Positions 28,696 through 42,199 of a stretch of DNA of 64,000 nt are shown here, in pieces; the stretch's first letter is position 1; each line of letters opens with the position of its first letter. The notes below the pieces were generated by a model. It did no database searches, was not told the origin of the DNA, and saw only the letters and a list, made by a program, of their open reading frames with translations. A program made the translations under genes and the position numbers. Source of the DNA: Eledone cirrhosa (lineage: Eukaryota); NCBI GenBank assembly GCA_964016885.1, contig OZ024742.1:154318001-154382000 (forward strand). Direction: 5' to 3'.

Positions 28696-29830
28696 TCAAC
28701 TTCTTCCATGACGTTGGGCCACAATGTTCCTCCATATGTGTCTGCTTATGGCAAGGGCTGGTGCCTGAAACCAGTTTGTAGCACACCTGCACAGGTCATC
28801 TTTTAGAGTGGATCTCCAGTTCTTCTGTGGCCTAACTTTTGGTTTTTTCTCACCACTGGCATCCATGACATTGCAGTTCTCGCCGGTATATTGTCCCTCA
28901 TTCTTAGGAATTGATCTACTAGCTTCAATATTCTGCTCTTGATGAAACGACCAATGCATGTGACATTGGTTCTTCGAAGCACATCCGCTCTTATGATTTG
29001 TATTGATATGTAATGTCCCGTATTTTTTAAGCAGCCTTGTTGGGATGTATGAAGCTGATATTTCAGGTCTGGCAGTAATCTTGCATATGGCTGTAGCGTG
29101 AGTTGTTGTTGAGATGATAGTCGTCCAGAATTACTTCAATTTCTTTTGTGATTAGAGCGTTTTGATAGCCGTATTGATTGGAGGTTGTTGAATATTACAA
29201 TACCTTCGTTTTATGCCAGCTTCAGTATTATTATCTGCAGTCCGAACGTTATAAAGATACGTGAACTACTTATCTTTCTTCCATTAATTGAAACGTCATA
29301 TGTTTCCTTGCAAGCAACTTTGTGTTTTGGGTTTCGATATATTTATTCCCAAGCCAAATCTGCACCTATTTGAACCAGGGAATTTTTCATTGTCTGCATG
29401 TCTGTGCAATTATTGGTGAGAAGGGCTAAGTCATCAGCAAAGTCTAAATCCATCAATTTTAATCTTTCCCAATCTGAGCCATACTCACAGGTATACAATG
29501 ATCTTCTCAGAATGTAATCTAAGATTAGCAAAAAAAAAAAAACGAATGTGGATAGGAAGTATCCCTGCTGCACTCCGGATAACAGCGATTTGAATCTTGT
29601 TAAATTGATCTTCCAGATTGATTGAAGACAATATAATTAATCACTCCCATTGACTGTTCAATAATGTTCCTTAGAGTTAATAATTGTTCATTACATGATC
29701 TCATTTCTTGAAAACCTACATGTCCATTTCTGAATGTGTGGTCCTGTTCCTGTTGCAATCTTTTCAACTGCAGCCAACACATTATTTTTCCGGCCATGAT
29801 TGTTACAATTAGTAGTACTCTCTTATTAAG
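28696..29830 (-). mobile_element. Degenerate RTE-clade LINE (RT and C-terminus)
   Basis: GFQEMRSCNEQLLTLRNIIEQS, DLDFADDLALL, RPQKNWRSTLKDDL. Confidence 0.85.
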
Positions 29831-30660
29831 GAGTCTGATAACTCATTCATAGATGACCATTCATAGATTTGAGACAGACCGAAATAACAGGTAGTTGATG
29901 TGTTTTAGATATCTGCCTAAAATGTGTGGTTACAATTTTACATTTAAAATGTTCCATGAATTTTGCTTCAATGACATGTTCATAGAGAAAATTCCGACTA
30001 ATTTCCAGAGACAATAAATAATTAATTAATAAGATATAATAAGAAAACAAAAGCAATATTGAGTAACTTGTAATTTTCGAAACATAGTAACGTCAAATGC
30101 TTAAGAAAATCTTGTAATCACATAGATATGTACAGTTACGTTCAGTATCATGCTTCATATGCTGCATCCTTGAATATTTAGCCAGCACAAGTTTAATAAT
30201 AGGTTTGTAGCAAATAAATTCCATCCGAGTGGTCTATACGGTAGTTATGATTTTAATTAGTTGCCTCATACAATGTTCAATTATCGATTGTTTAGATATC
30301 GATTTCTTTATGAGTACTAAAAGTTATGGACGATTTAATTATTTTGTACGATGGAATATTTAATCACTTGATCTAAGCTTCATTTCCTTGTTTCACTAAT
30401 GTGTGTAATTACTTTTGTCTATAAAATAATACTGCTGTTCTATTATTTCCTCCACACATTATATGTTTTTACTTGTTATACTCCATAGATTTATAATTAT
30501 CGTAATGAATTATATGATTTATCGCCTGTACTATATTGTTTAATGTTCTTTTAGACAGTTGTCTATGATTTATTTCTTGTTTAAGCATGAACGCACTCAG
30601 ACACGTACATGCACACGCACATACGCACACACACACGCGCACTCACATACGGGCTCGCCC

Positions 30661-30723
<63 letters not shown>

Positions 30724-30815
30724 ATGTATGTATATATAGATGTATAGTGGCAGAAAAATCGTGAGTTATATCCGCAGTAGTAGAGCACTTAGTCCATGGT
30801 ACGAGTTATGTAGAA

Positions 30816-30902
30816 GTAGTTCCACAACAGTTAGTAAACCATTTCCGTTTGAGTTCAAACAAATTGTTGTTGGAAATGTTGTACTAACTGTTGTGAAACT
30901 AC
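30816..30902. repeat. Fold-back hairpin ending in GAAAC (half-hammerhead)
   Basis: gtagttccacaacagttagta pairs with tactaactgttgtgaaactac, with nested atttcc/ggaaat and gtttga/tcaaac. Confidence 0.65.
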
Positions 30903-30903
30903 A

Positions 30904-31065
<162 letters not shown>

Positions 31066-31088
31066 AAAATATATATATATATATGTGT

Positions 31089-31124
<36 letters not shown>

Positions 31125-31808
31125 GAGAGGTATAGAGATTGATTTAGCGAGAAGCTAATAGTATTCTATAACATATATGCGACTATAACGTCAAGATGGG
31201 AAAAGTATTTAACGTCAGATTTAGGAAGAATAATTCAAACTCATCTCAAAAGAGAATCAGGATACAAATTCATCCACAGAATTTAGTGAAATCCAGGGAA
31301 AAATCAATAGACCTTTAACTCATGATAAAATAAAGTTTAAAACACTTATCTTTCAATTTGGAATAACATCAAATGCTTTGTATAGTCGTAAAAGACTATT
31401 TCATGAAAACTTTCAGTGGAGATGGTCACGGTTGGATTTCAATCGTCAGCAGAGCTCAACAGAAACCAGGGCTCTCACAGTATTATAATCCGAAAAAGGG
31501 AATTCTAAACCTGACTAGTTCGACATCATGTGTTATTATGAAAAAGCACATGAGGAAAAACGGGGCTAGTGACGTCAGGATGAAAGTGACTGTTTATATA
31601 TATATATATATATATATGTATAAATATATATATATATATATATAAACAACCAAATTATAAACGTAATCATGTAAGTATGTTATTCAAACGGTGCGCGAGT
31701 TTGAAAATTGAAATTAGAACTTATAAGGTTTCACCGTATTTTAGATTAAAGAAATATCTAGCGTGATAGTGGGGTTTAAAAAACCACAGACCCTCCATCT
31801 CAACTCAT

Positions 31809-31844
31809 CTTTTGAAAAGCAGAAGAACTGCGAAACCGGTAAAG
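31809..31844 (+). ncRNA. Hammerhead-like motif (variant core)
   Basis: ctt-TTGAAAA-gcag-aagaa-ctgc-GAAAC-CG-GTA-aag. Confidence 0.5.
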
Positions 31845-31976
31845 GAAACAACTAAATATATATATTTAAAAAGAAAATAAGACTCCAGTTGCATTTTAGA
31901 TTTAATCTCCTTTTCTTTATACTTTCACTCGTGTAGGACACCTCGGTTATTTTTCATTTTGTAAAATAAACCTCAC

Positions 31977-32043
<67 letters not shown>

Positions 32044-32048
<5 letters not shown>

Positions 32049-34378
32049 ACAGGGAGAAAAAGACGATTATTAAGAATACACATTTTTATTTTCCTTTTAT
32101 TTTTTCTCTTTTTTCTGGGTTAGAAAATGTTTAAAACAAAATATTTTACTTTTTGTGAAGTGTTAAGGTATTAGTTAATTTATTTATTGAGGAATGTTCT
32201 GGAGGATGGTGTCGAATGACTCATTGTTGAGGGCGTTGTGTGTGGAGATGTATGGTAGTGTTTTTTGTTGGGGTTATTGCTGGGTTTGGGTTGTCTGAGT
32301 TCCTGGATGTTGAGTTCTAGGGCACGTTGGAATCCATTGTTTATTAGAAATGGTGGGTAGTTTCTGCTGATAAGTGTGTTCTTTAATTCTTCTAGTCGTG
32401 TGGTCGTGTGTAGCATGTGTTTTTATCTGAAACTATTGTGCAGATCCTTCTGGAAAGGTTATAAGGAATTGCCATCTTGGTATCGCGAGTGTGGCACGAG
32501 TTAAATGGAAGATATTGTTTGGAGTCTGTGGGTTTGTAGTATATGTCTGTTTCTATCTTGTTTGTTTTCTTGATGAGGATGTCGAGGAAAGGGAGTTGTT
32601 CATGGCTGTAATCCATTGTAAATTGTAAGTATGGGTTGAGTCCATTTAGAAGGGCAATTCCTTATAACCTAGCCAGAAGGATCTGCACACTAGTTTCAGA
32701 TAAATACACACGCTACAAACGACTAGAAGAATTAAAGAACCCACTTATCAGCAAAAATATACACACCATCCCTAATCAACAATGGATTCCAACGTGTCCT
32801 AAAACTCAACATCCAGGAACGTAAACACCCCGAAACCAGGAATGAACCGCAACAGAAAACTCTACCATACATCTCCACACTCAACCCCTCACAATGAGGC
32901 ATTCGAAACCATCCTCCAGAACATTCCTTTACTTAAAAGAGACCCAAGAATGAACAAAATCCTCCAAACGCACAACATCATAAAGAGCAAAACACAACCT
33001 AAATTCATAAAAAAACATCCTCACACAAGCCAAAATTCAAACAAACCTCACAACAAACCCTACAGTAAAAAGAATGCGGACGGCCCAACTGTGGTATATG
33101 CATAAATCTAATAGAAGGTTCAACATTCCATTTTAAACAAGGACAACATTTCACAGTTAAACACAACTTTACATGTGCATCTGAAAACCTAATCTATGTT
33201 TTGACCTGCTCACGTTGTGAAGAGCACTACATAGGACAGACAAAAAACAGCCTCCGACAACGTATGACCGTCCGTATATCACACATCAATATACAGAAAT
33301 ACAGAAAGATCGTTTTTAGTGAACATATCGCCAATTGTACACCTAACCAACATCCAACCTTTAACATTTTCCCCATTTACAAATTCATAGACAACGCTTT
33401 TTTTCATCCATCGTACCAATAAGGAAACGTACTTCATTAACAAATTCCAACCTCTACTTAATGAACTAACCTTCGGACTAATTTAAACTGTAACGAACAA
33501 TGAACCAAATCCAAATTCCTATGTTCTCTAAATAGTTACCTCCCTACACCCTACCTAATCCTTTTTTCTTATATAAATGAATTAGCCCCTCTCATTACTC
33601 TCTCCCCTACTTGACCACCCTGAATTACCCCCCCCCCCCCCCCTGCATATTAACTCTCTATAAAAGGGAAATTATATCAAACCCCAGACTACCATTTGCC
33701 TCCATCATGGATCAACTAACCGCTCTTGCCATAACAACACATTTTGAACTGCTTATCCTCCAGAACTATGCCTGTAAATAATATTATTTTTTGTTTCACG
33801 TTACACTATCATGTTCCACATTACCCCTTTTCTTTTCTTTTTTTCTTTTTTCTTTTTTTCTTTTTTCTTTTCACTCCAAAAACCTTCTTCCTAAATAATT
33901 GTTTCTACTTTAGGCACAAGGCCAGCAATTACCCAGTGCATCACTGGTACTTTATTTTATCGACACCGTAAAGATGAAAGGCAAAGCCAACCTCGGCGGG
34001 AGCTGAACTCAGATCGTAAAGGGACGTAACTATGCTGAAAATCATGGCGTCCGACCCTCTACCGATACTGCCAATCCACAAATAATATTATTCTTTCTTC
34101 CCCATTTCCTTAACATGTTCAAAATCACCAACATTTTACACAAATACAAATTCCTCCTTTGATAATAGATAAAACGCTGAAACCAGTAATAGACAATTAT
34201 TAAATATATATATAAATAAATAAATGCCATTGTTAATTAATAAATAAATTAAATAATACCTTAACACTTCACACAAAGTAAAATATTTTGTTTTAAACAT
34301 TTTCTAACCCAGAAAAAAGAGAAAAAAATAAAAGGAAAAAAAAAATCTTTTTCTTCCTAATAATCGTCTTTTTCTCCA
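32044..34378 (+). mobile_element. 5'-truncated Neptune-like PLE with a compound 5' inversion
   Basis: The plus strand (32650-33480) gives AIPYNLARRICT..CGRPNCGIC..FTCASENLIYVLTCSRCEEHYIGQT, a Neptune-type Cys linker plus GIY-YIG. The minus strand (32180-32640) gives LPFLDILI..YYKPTDSKQYL. 32044-32180 is the inverse of 34245-34378. Confidence 0.9.
33897..34079 (-). mobile_element. tRNA-derived SINE inserted in the PLE 3' UTR
   Basis: Reverse-complement match to the family. Confidence 0.9.
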
Positions 34379-36247
34379 TTTATATATATGCGATTGATAA
34401 ACTATGAATCTACGACGTTCGTGCACTTCAAAGAACGCACAAAAAACGTTTTCCCCTAGTATTAATGAAAGCTGTTTGATTTGGAATCTCCTTTTTTTTA
34501 TTTTGATTAGGTATTATATTAGCCTTTTAGTGAGATGAATAGTTGAGCGTCTGGTATTGGTTAACACATGGCTACGGAAACCTTATGAGCAGCACCAGTT
34601 TCAAATATGGAATAGGGATATTGCCTATTTACAGTAGATGGTGATTAAAATGAATCTAGGCTATTAGATAAGTTTGAATTGCCACTAAATCATTTATTTA
34701 TTTCCCACAAGTGAGACATATTAACAAGCCCTGTATGTTAGCGGCCTCTGTATGTTAAGCCACATGTAGCCTTGAGCATTAAACAAGAAAGACATATCTG
34801 CCTAGGATCTTTGTCTACTAAGACATTTAACATCAACTATATTCTATTCAACATCCATATTGGTATTGTAGATAAATACCAGAGAAATATCTTTCCAAAA
34901 TGTAAGCTTTCTATCTCCATGGATAAAGATAGAAATATACTTTCTCAGGAATATTTAGAAACAATAAAATATTGTCATATTATGTTAAAGAAAATGTTCC
35001 ATCGTGAAACATACAATAAATGTTAAACGATAACTTCTAGTACTTTGGGCGAATCGAAAAATGGTAACAACACACTTTAATTGCTAACGATATCACAATT
35101 ATTATAACTCTTATATAATCCTATCTATATAGTTGTAATAACATACCATGTGTGATCAGAATATTAATCAGGCATTGATGGAATTCCAACGCGCAGGAGA
35201 ATATGGGTGATTAGAAGACCTGGTAACATGTACGAGACAATTATTATATTTAAACAACTATGTCTCCCTCTCATTTTACGGGAAGGAAATGGTAGCGAAG
35301 AGATGACCATAATATGTGTACCATAGTACCCTGTTCTAAAACTATCCTAGGTCCACGTAATTGTATCAAACTGGATATTGGAATAAGCTAACCACACAGA
35401 TAGGAGCATGTTTACACTTGAAATAAGAACAAAAGGTAATGGATTAAGTATAACACACATGTTGTCTATCACTATAAAGATTATGCCAAATCAGCGACTT
35501 TACCCAATTTGCCTTTGTGTGTATAATTTGGTAGAATAAGTATCTGAAATATGTCAACAGAAATCCAATGTGGCATGTCAATAATGATGGCGGCCTCTTC
35601 ACATATGGCTCATCTTAAATATTCTACATTTAATATGTATTTTCTGGTGAGTTCTGTTTTATGTCTGTGTTCTAAAACACCCTAGGAATATGTTAAAGCC
35701 TCCAATGCATCCTGGATTATTTTTTAAGACGAAAAAAAAGAACCCCGGAAAAAGAGAATTTACGAGAAATTATATGTTAAATTTAGGGTATTCAAGTTGC
35801 GACCAAGACAAAAGAATACACAGACAAGGTGACGCACTGGAAGGGAAATGTGAGCTGATAGAAACAGCCAAAACTAGACGATGAGATGTAAACAGAGACG
35901 AAAGACCGCGACTAGAAACACGTGAATTAGAACGATGTCACGGTAAATAATTGCAACTTAACCAAAGAAAAAGCGGACAGACACCTGCGACACAGGTAAT
36001 ATGGCAGAAACGGCAACAGGTAAAATAGGTCTGCGGCCACATGCCACTTAAATGGACCGCCGCAACATCGACCCTTTCTGAAGGAAGGGTTGGTATTTCA
36101 AATCAAATCCGTAGAATCCATAAGGTAAACAAAATTTATCCTAGAGGATTTAGAGGACAAGCAAAAAACAGAACAATCGTGAAATTACACACACACCCAT
36201 TCGTGTAGTTTCACGAATGCTCTGTTTATGTATGTGTATATATATAT

Positions 36248-36717
36248 ATTGTTATACTTTGGGAGGGTCATGTTGCCAATAAGAAACACACGCACCAATG
36301 CTTTCACACCAATTTATTATAAATTAAATTTATAAATTTAATAAATTTGTAAATTTCCGGTTGGTTGGTTGGTTTCACAACTAGACGGTTGTTCATATAT
36401 TGTCAAAGTTCTTTCGTAACACATGCTGGAAAGGCACGAAACAAAGAAACGAATCCCCAGTCACTGAAGAGGTCACAACATGTGTTACGAAAGAACTTTG
36501 ACAATACATGAACAACCGTCCGGTTGTGGAACCAACCAACCAACCCTAAATTTACAAATTTATTAAATTTATGAATTTTATTTATAATAAATTGTAGTGA
36601 AAGCTTGTGGTGCGTGTGTTTCTTATTGGCAACATGACCCTCCCAAAGTATAACAATGTCGGTTTCAACACAGGTTTTAAGCTAAAGAATCTTGCTAAAC
36701 AGATTCAGAAACGAAAT
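36248..36717 (+). mobile_element. Fold-back PLE end with hammerhead
   Basis: 36248-36425 is the inverse of 36479-36657. The tail is shared with 59911-60012 and 58030-58052. Confidence 0.85.
36460..36502 (+). ncRNA. Minimal type-I hammerhead
   Basis: gtca-CTGAAGA-g-gtcaca-acatg-tgttac-GAAAG-AA-CTT-tgac. Confidence 0.75.
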
Positions 36718-36747
36718 ATATATATGTATGTATATATATATATATAT

Positions 36748-37627
36748 ATGATAATAATGGAGCTGCGGCGTTGCAAATGGGTTACATATAAAAAAGGGGG
36801 GAGTCCTTCATCAGTGACCCTCCAACCGTCCCAGGCATTTCATCGCTTTAAGGGCCATATACCTCAGGTTGGTGCGAACAACGGCTAAAAAAAGTCGTTG
36901 GGACACGTAAATAAAGAGAACGTTAGGGTGAACAAACAAAATGGTTTAAGCAACAGAAAGTGAGAGGAAAGAGACAAGTCCCAGATTTCTATGAATATAA
37001 ACTCGATAAAATCGTGAACTACTAGAGAATAAAGACCATCAGACCTGGTTGAAATGTGAGCAAGGAAGGAATTTCGCACAGGTCTAACGGGAGGAAGAAG
37101 AAGAAGGGGTCTGGTCTGCGAATTCGGTAAACATAAGTTCTGTGAAGACGCAGACGAGAGAGAGAGAGAAACAAAATTCATACCGGCTTGGCCAAGAGTG
37201 CGCGAGAAAAGAAATCGGACAGGTCAAGCGAGAAGAAAGAGGAGTGGAGGAGAGGTAGTGACAGGGTATGAGTGAGTGAAAGTTGAGGAAGAGGCTAACA
37301 GAGAGAGAGAGACTGCTAGAAAGGGTAAAGATACAAAGAGAGAAACAGACGGGTGGCAGCAGAGGAAAAAATATGTGTAAATATGATAATAATGGAGCTG
37401 CGGCGTTGCAAATGGGTTACATATAAAAAAGGGGGGAGTCCTGGGACTTGTCTCTTTCCTCTCACTTTCTGTTGCTTAAACCATTTTGTTTGTTCACCCT
37501 AACGTTCTCTTTATTTACGTGTCCCAACGACTTTTTTTAGCCGTTGTTCGCACCAACCTGAGGTATATGGCCCTTAAAGCGATGAAATGCCTGGGACGGT
37601 TGGAGGGTCACTGATGAAGGACTCCCC

Positions 37628-37630
<3 letters not shown>
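36748..37630. repeat. Direct plus inverted duplication (D-X...D-X')
   Basis: 36748-36807 equals 37383-37441. 36797-36984 is the inverse of 37441-37630 and contains CTGATGA-aggactccccc. Confidence 0.85.
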
Positions 37631-37667
<37 letters not shown>

Positions 37668-38196
37668 CTTTTTTATATATATACACATTTTTTTATATAT
37701 ATATATACATTTTATATATATATATATATATATGTGTATGTGTGTTTGTATGTATGTATGTGTGTGTATGTGTACTTATTTGTTGTTCTATATCATAGCG
37801 TTTATTAACTAGCAGTGGTAGTTTGCAGCTGACTGTTGGTTTATCGCCAATCACACACATAAACACACTTATTAACAATCCCTCACATATATATATATGT
37901 TTGTTTCCTAGTGTCCATTTTTGTGCCTACATAATTTTCTGGTTATATATTTCGCAATACTCATTTAGATCCCTCGTTGTAATGAATATATTACATATAT
38001 GTTTAAAGTATGGCTGCATTAACAGTAAGCCAGTAGTCAGTGAAGATTAGTTTTGGCATAGTCCATATTTTTTTCCATTTTACACCTCCAAATAATTGAA
38101 GCGGTACAAATTAACAAAACCTTCACAACAAGCTAATTATACACTATGCCCCCGCTACAAATCAGTGTCTTATCCATACACATTAAATTATATTGT

Positions 38197-38372
38197 CAGT
38201 ATCGGTAGAGGGTCGGACGCCATGCTTTCCAGCCTAGTTACGTCCTTTTACAATCTGAGTTCAAATCCCGCCGTGGTTGACTTTGCCTTTCATCCTTACG
38301 TGGTCGATAGAATAAAGTACCAGTAATGCACTGGGTAATTGCTAGCCTTTTGCCTAAAGTAGAAACAATTAA
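38197..38372 (+). mobile_element. tRNA-derived SINE
   Basis: Family match. The sequence attaaattatattgtcagt occurs on both sides (TSD-like). Confidence 0.9.
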
Positions 38373-39129
38373 ATTATATTGTCAGTGTTAAAAAGATTTT
38401 AGCCAGTCATCTTTGTGGGTGTAGCCATGCCAATAATCAACATGACCTCTTTCAGTTAGTGTGTACTTCTGCACAGATATATAACATTTTATGTTCAAAT
38501 ATATATTCAAACCTTTGTTTACAACATATAAAAGTTATTTTTCTGGAGTCTTATTTTCTTAATTGGGATTAAAAATGCGACAGGATGTCTACACGTTTCC
38601 TTAAAAAAAATTCAAACAACAATAATGATTACATCATTACGATTGTCAATAATGTTTTAATTAAAAATTAAAAAAATAATTTTTGATATTTTCATAATTG
38701 CTTCATAATTAATATCTATTTCAAGAAAATGACATTAAACAATAGGATTAAGAACAAAGCCCAAGGCAATTATATGAAATGCTCTGCCAATCTTTTTTTT
38801 TTATTTAAATGTTTCCGTGTATTCCCGATTGTAAACAGTCCCCTACACGATCGTAATTAATTTGATCCAGTGTAATAGCCAAGAAATGTACTGTGGTAAA
38901 TATGATTGATAAAACACTTGAAGTTTGTGAACTATCTTGCCCCAAACCCAATGATTGAGACTTGTTGCTTCAGCACTACACGGATACAAATATCCAACAG
39001 CCATCTACAAACTAGAAACACCAACGCGCACACACACACACGCACACATACACACATTACAGAAAAAATCTCATTTATGTGGATAGGAGCAAATTGTTTT
39101 AAATAAAGTTCGGTTATATTGTGTAGAGC

Positions 39130-39490
39130 ACCTTATAGAAAATCAAGTGGATTTCCGCAATGGAAGAATATGTGCTCAAATCAATATATTGCGAAGGACA
39201 TCTGATGAATTTAGAAGGAAAAGTGTATGCCTGGTTCATAATTTAATCGATTTAAAAACATTATTTTGATTCGATCAACAGGGAAGTTTTGTATGCCATC
39301 CTATGCCATTGCGTTTTTAACTAATACGTTGTAAATGACATAAACATATGCGGTATATCTAAACTCTCAGAGTATAGTATCGGCAGTTTTTATGACACAT
39401 TGAAACACTCGTTGCACGAAGTGGTGTAATGCAGACGGAAGTTCTCAACACTGTTCTTTTCATTATCACTGTTTATAATTGTGGTGAGGA
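39130..39490 (+). mobile_element. Highly degenerate RTE-like RT fragment
   Basis: NQVDFRNGRICAQI, FDSINREVLYAIL, SGVMQTEVLNTVLFII. Confidence 0.6.
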
Positions 39491-40616
39491 CGGTAACAAG
39501 GCGCACAATATTTAGTGTAATCATTGATGTGGCATACAGAACAATTGTTAAATGACTTTATGAAGACATCAATCTACTCAAAGATTATAAATTATGGGTT
39601 CAAGGCTATTGGGATGTGTACTGGCCTAAAAAATGTATATTTTAAATATGTTATGCATGTCGATGAATTCTGTACAATTTCCCTTTGGTATAAAGGCGAA
39701 GAAATCTGTTGAACATGTAAATACCTGCTAGTTTTGACACTTTACCTAATATATTTTATTGTTAGTCATTCATAACGATACACGGCGATAGTAACTCTCT
39801 ATTAATAATTCACATTCATAAGAGGCTATTAATTGTTTTAAATATATCATATGAATTTCAGATTTAGATATTAATATTAATTTACATTGTCGACTTTCTA
39901 TGACACATGAATCCAGAACAGTTTAATATACTCTCTGATATTATTATATATATATTGATATTAACAAGGGATTTGGCAGACGTCAGTGATATTCTAGTGT
40001 TATATATGTTCTATTCTTAAGTAGAATATCTTATTAAAATGATGAAGTAGTTTATCCACATGAAAACAAATAAGCGCATTAATTGTTTTCTTAAAGAACC
40101 ACAAGTTTTCTGTGAAATATTCAAATTTCATTTAATTTCATAGATCATCTTACTACAGAAAAAAAATACACATTATTTATTAATTACTGCAAATGAAGAT
40201 GTTTGATGTATTAAATATTTCATTGAACGCTGTGTTTCACGCGAACAATATCTGTTATTAGAGTCGTCGCAACCTCTCTGTTTCTGGTTCCACAAATATG
40301 ATTCTCTTGTGGTTGTCTAGTCGACGAGATATGTATAATAAAATGTAATTGATCACAAGAACATCTATTTTATTATTTGAATTTTAATATTAATAACCCT
40401 TTATTTTGTAGAGTGCTTCCAATCTACTGTAAATTTCATTCTTTGATATAATCATTGAATCTTGTTTACTTCATCAATATATATACATATATATAAAATA
40501 AGTAAGAATATTTTCGAAATAGCGAGCGAGTTTGAAATTAGAAATATAAGCTATCGCCGTATTTTGACTAAATAAATTATTTAAGGACACTCGGAGAAAT
40601 GGAAAAAGATGAGTAT

Positions 40617-40687
40617 TGACGTACATGGGAGTCGAACCCACATCTGCGGTTATCCAGACCACTGTGCTACCATTACACCAACACATC
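40617..40687 (-). tRNA. tRNA-like cloverleaf / pseudo-tRNA with anticodon GGA
   Basis: GATGTGT-TG-GTGT-AATGGTA-GCAC-A-GTGGT-CTGGATA-ACCGC-AGAT-GTGGG-TTCGACT-CCCAT-GTACGTC-A. A and B boxes are present, with TTTTT about 10 nt downstream. Confidence 0.6.
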
Positions 40688-40822
40688 ACCCGTCTTCTTC
40701 CATTCAAATTAGAAGCTTTAATCTTAGCAAGTGTAATGTCAAGTAAGACTATTTTAGAAACAGCGAGCGAGTTATAAAATAAAATAAATAAGTCAAATGT
40801 TTAAAATTTGGCTTCGTTTATT

Positions 40823-40877
40823 ACTGCTATATATATTTCGGTGACAGCCATCTTTGGCTGTGACTTCTTCAGGCAGT
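40823..40877 (-). ncRNA. Minimal type-I hammerhead (left pLTR)
   Basis: actgc-CTGAAGA-agtc-acagcc/ggctgt-cacc-GAAAT-ATAT-ATA-gcagt. Confidence 0.8.
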
Positions 40878-42199
40878 CCGAATTAGTGTGGTAAAGATGA
40901 GTACACATGTTGTTGAGGTGTATAAATTTGTCAATAATCTGATATGCCCAGTTCCTGGTTGGGTTGTTATTTCACTGAGGAACTGGAATCATATGAATTT
41001 AAACAAACGAATTTCAGCGTCGAAGGGCCTCTTTTCCTCTCGTTGGTCAGTTGTTAGAACATTCCTCAGTCAAAAGTCTATAGAAATTCGTTCTGAGGCA
41101 AGCCAATCTGTAGTTGTTGTTCTTGTTATTGTTAGGTACATCTGACCTCTATTCTTATGTTGGTAGTGGTGTTGTTGTTTGAGTCAGCTCAAAAAAGTGA
41201 TAAAGTGGTATAAGGAATAAGATGGTAAAGGAACAAAATAAAATGAAATAATCGAATAAAATGTGTGTGTGTGATAACCATCTCAATGTTATAAAGATTT
41301 GTAAGGTCAAACTTCCCATTGGTCAGTATTGAGAGCATTTCTCAGTCCAAAGTCTATAGAAATTCTTTCTGGGGTGAGTCTCCCTGTAGTGTTTGTGTTT
41401 GCTATTGTTAAGTACATCTGACCTCTACCCTTATTTTGGTAGTGTTGTTGGTGTTGTGGTCAGCTTATGTCTTACTGCTGTTAACAATTTAGAAGTGTGT
41501 GTTTCTTCATCCCTCCTGTCACCATCTCCAGTGGTGCTGGTGCGGGGGGGGGGGTGTTATGCTATCATGTATATGAAGAAATAGAAGGCAATACAATGAA
41601 GAAAACAGAAAATAAGTAATAATTAGAGAATAAATGAAAAATTTATGAAAAAGTAATGAAAAAGTAATGAAAAATGAACATAGAAAATGAAAAATAAAAA
41701 TGAAGATTCAAATAAAATAAGATAAAATGTGTTTGTGCTATAACCAATCTCAAGGTCAGAAATATGTTGGATAGAGTGGCATGAGGAACAAGATGGTAAA
41801 AGAATAAAACGAAATAGGATAATCAAATAAAATGTGTGTGTTATAACCAATCTCAAATTAAATATAAATACAAGGTGATAAATGAAGAAAACAGAAAACA
41901 AATAACAAATGAATAATGAGAAATCAAAAATCAAAAATCAAAAATTAAAAATGTGTGTTATAAAAATGTTGGCCAAATTATAAAGGCTGTGTCAGAATCA
42001 ATCTCTAGGTTATCATGGTGTCTGCTCAGCCTGGGTTGATCCCTATGGCTTAAGGGGAATTCCAAACATATGGTGTTGTTACTGTCCATATAGCTTGAGG
42101 GAGGATTTGGCCGAGAGGTGTCTACTTGTTCTGGAGAAGTCCCTATAGCTTGAGGGGAGTTCACATCTTATTGTGTTGCTACTGTCCATATATCTTGAG

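Noticed and set aside
31384-31451. CTGACGA...GAAAG hammerhead-like motif on minus
   Set aside because: Stems I and II pair poorly.
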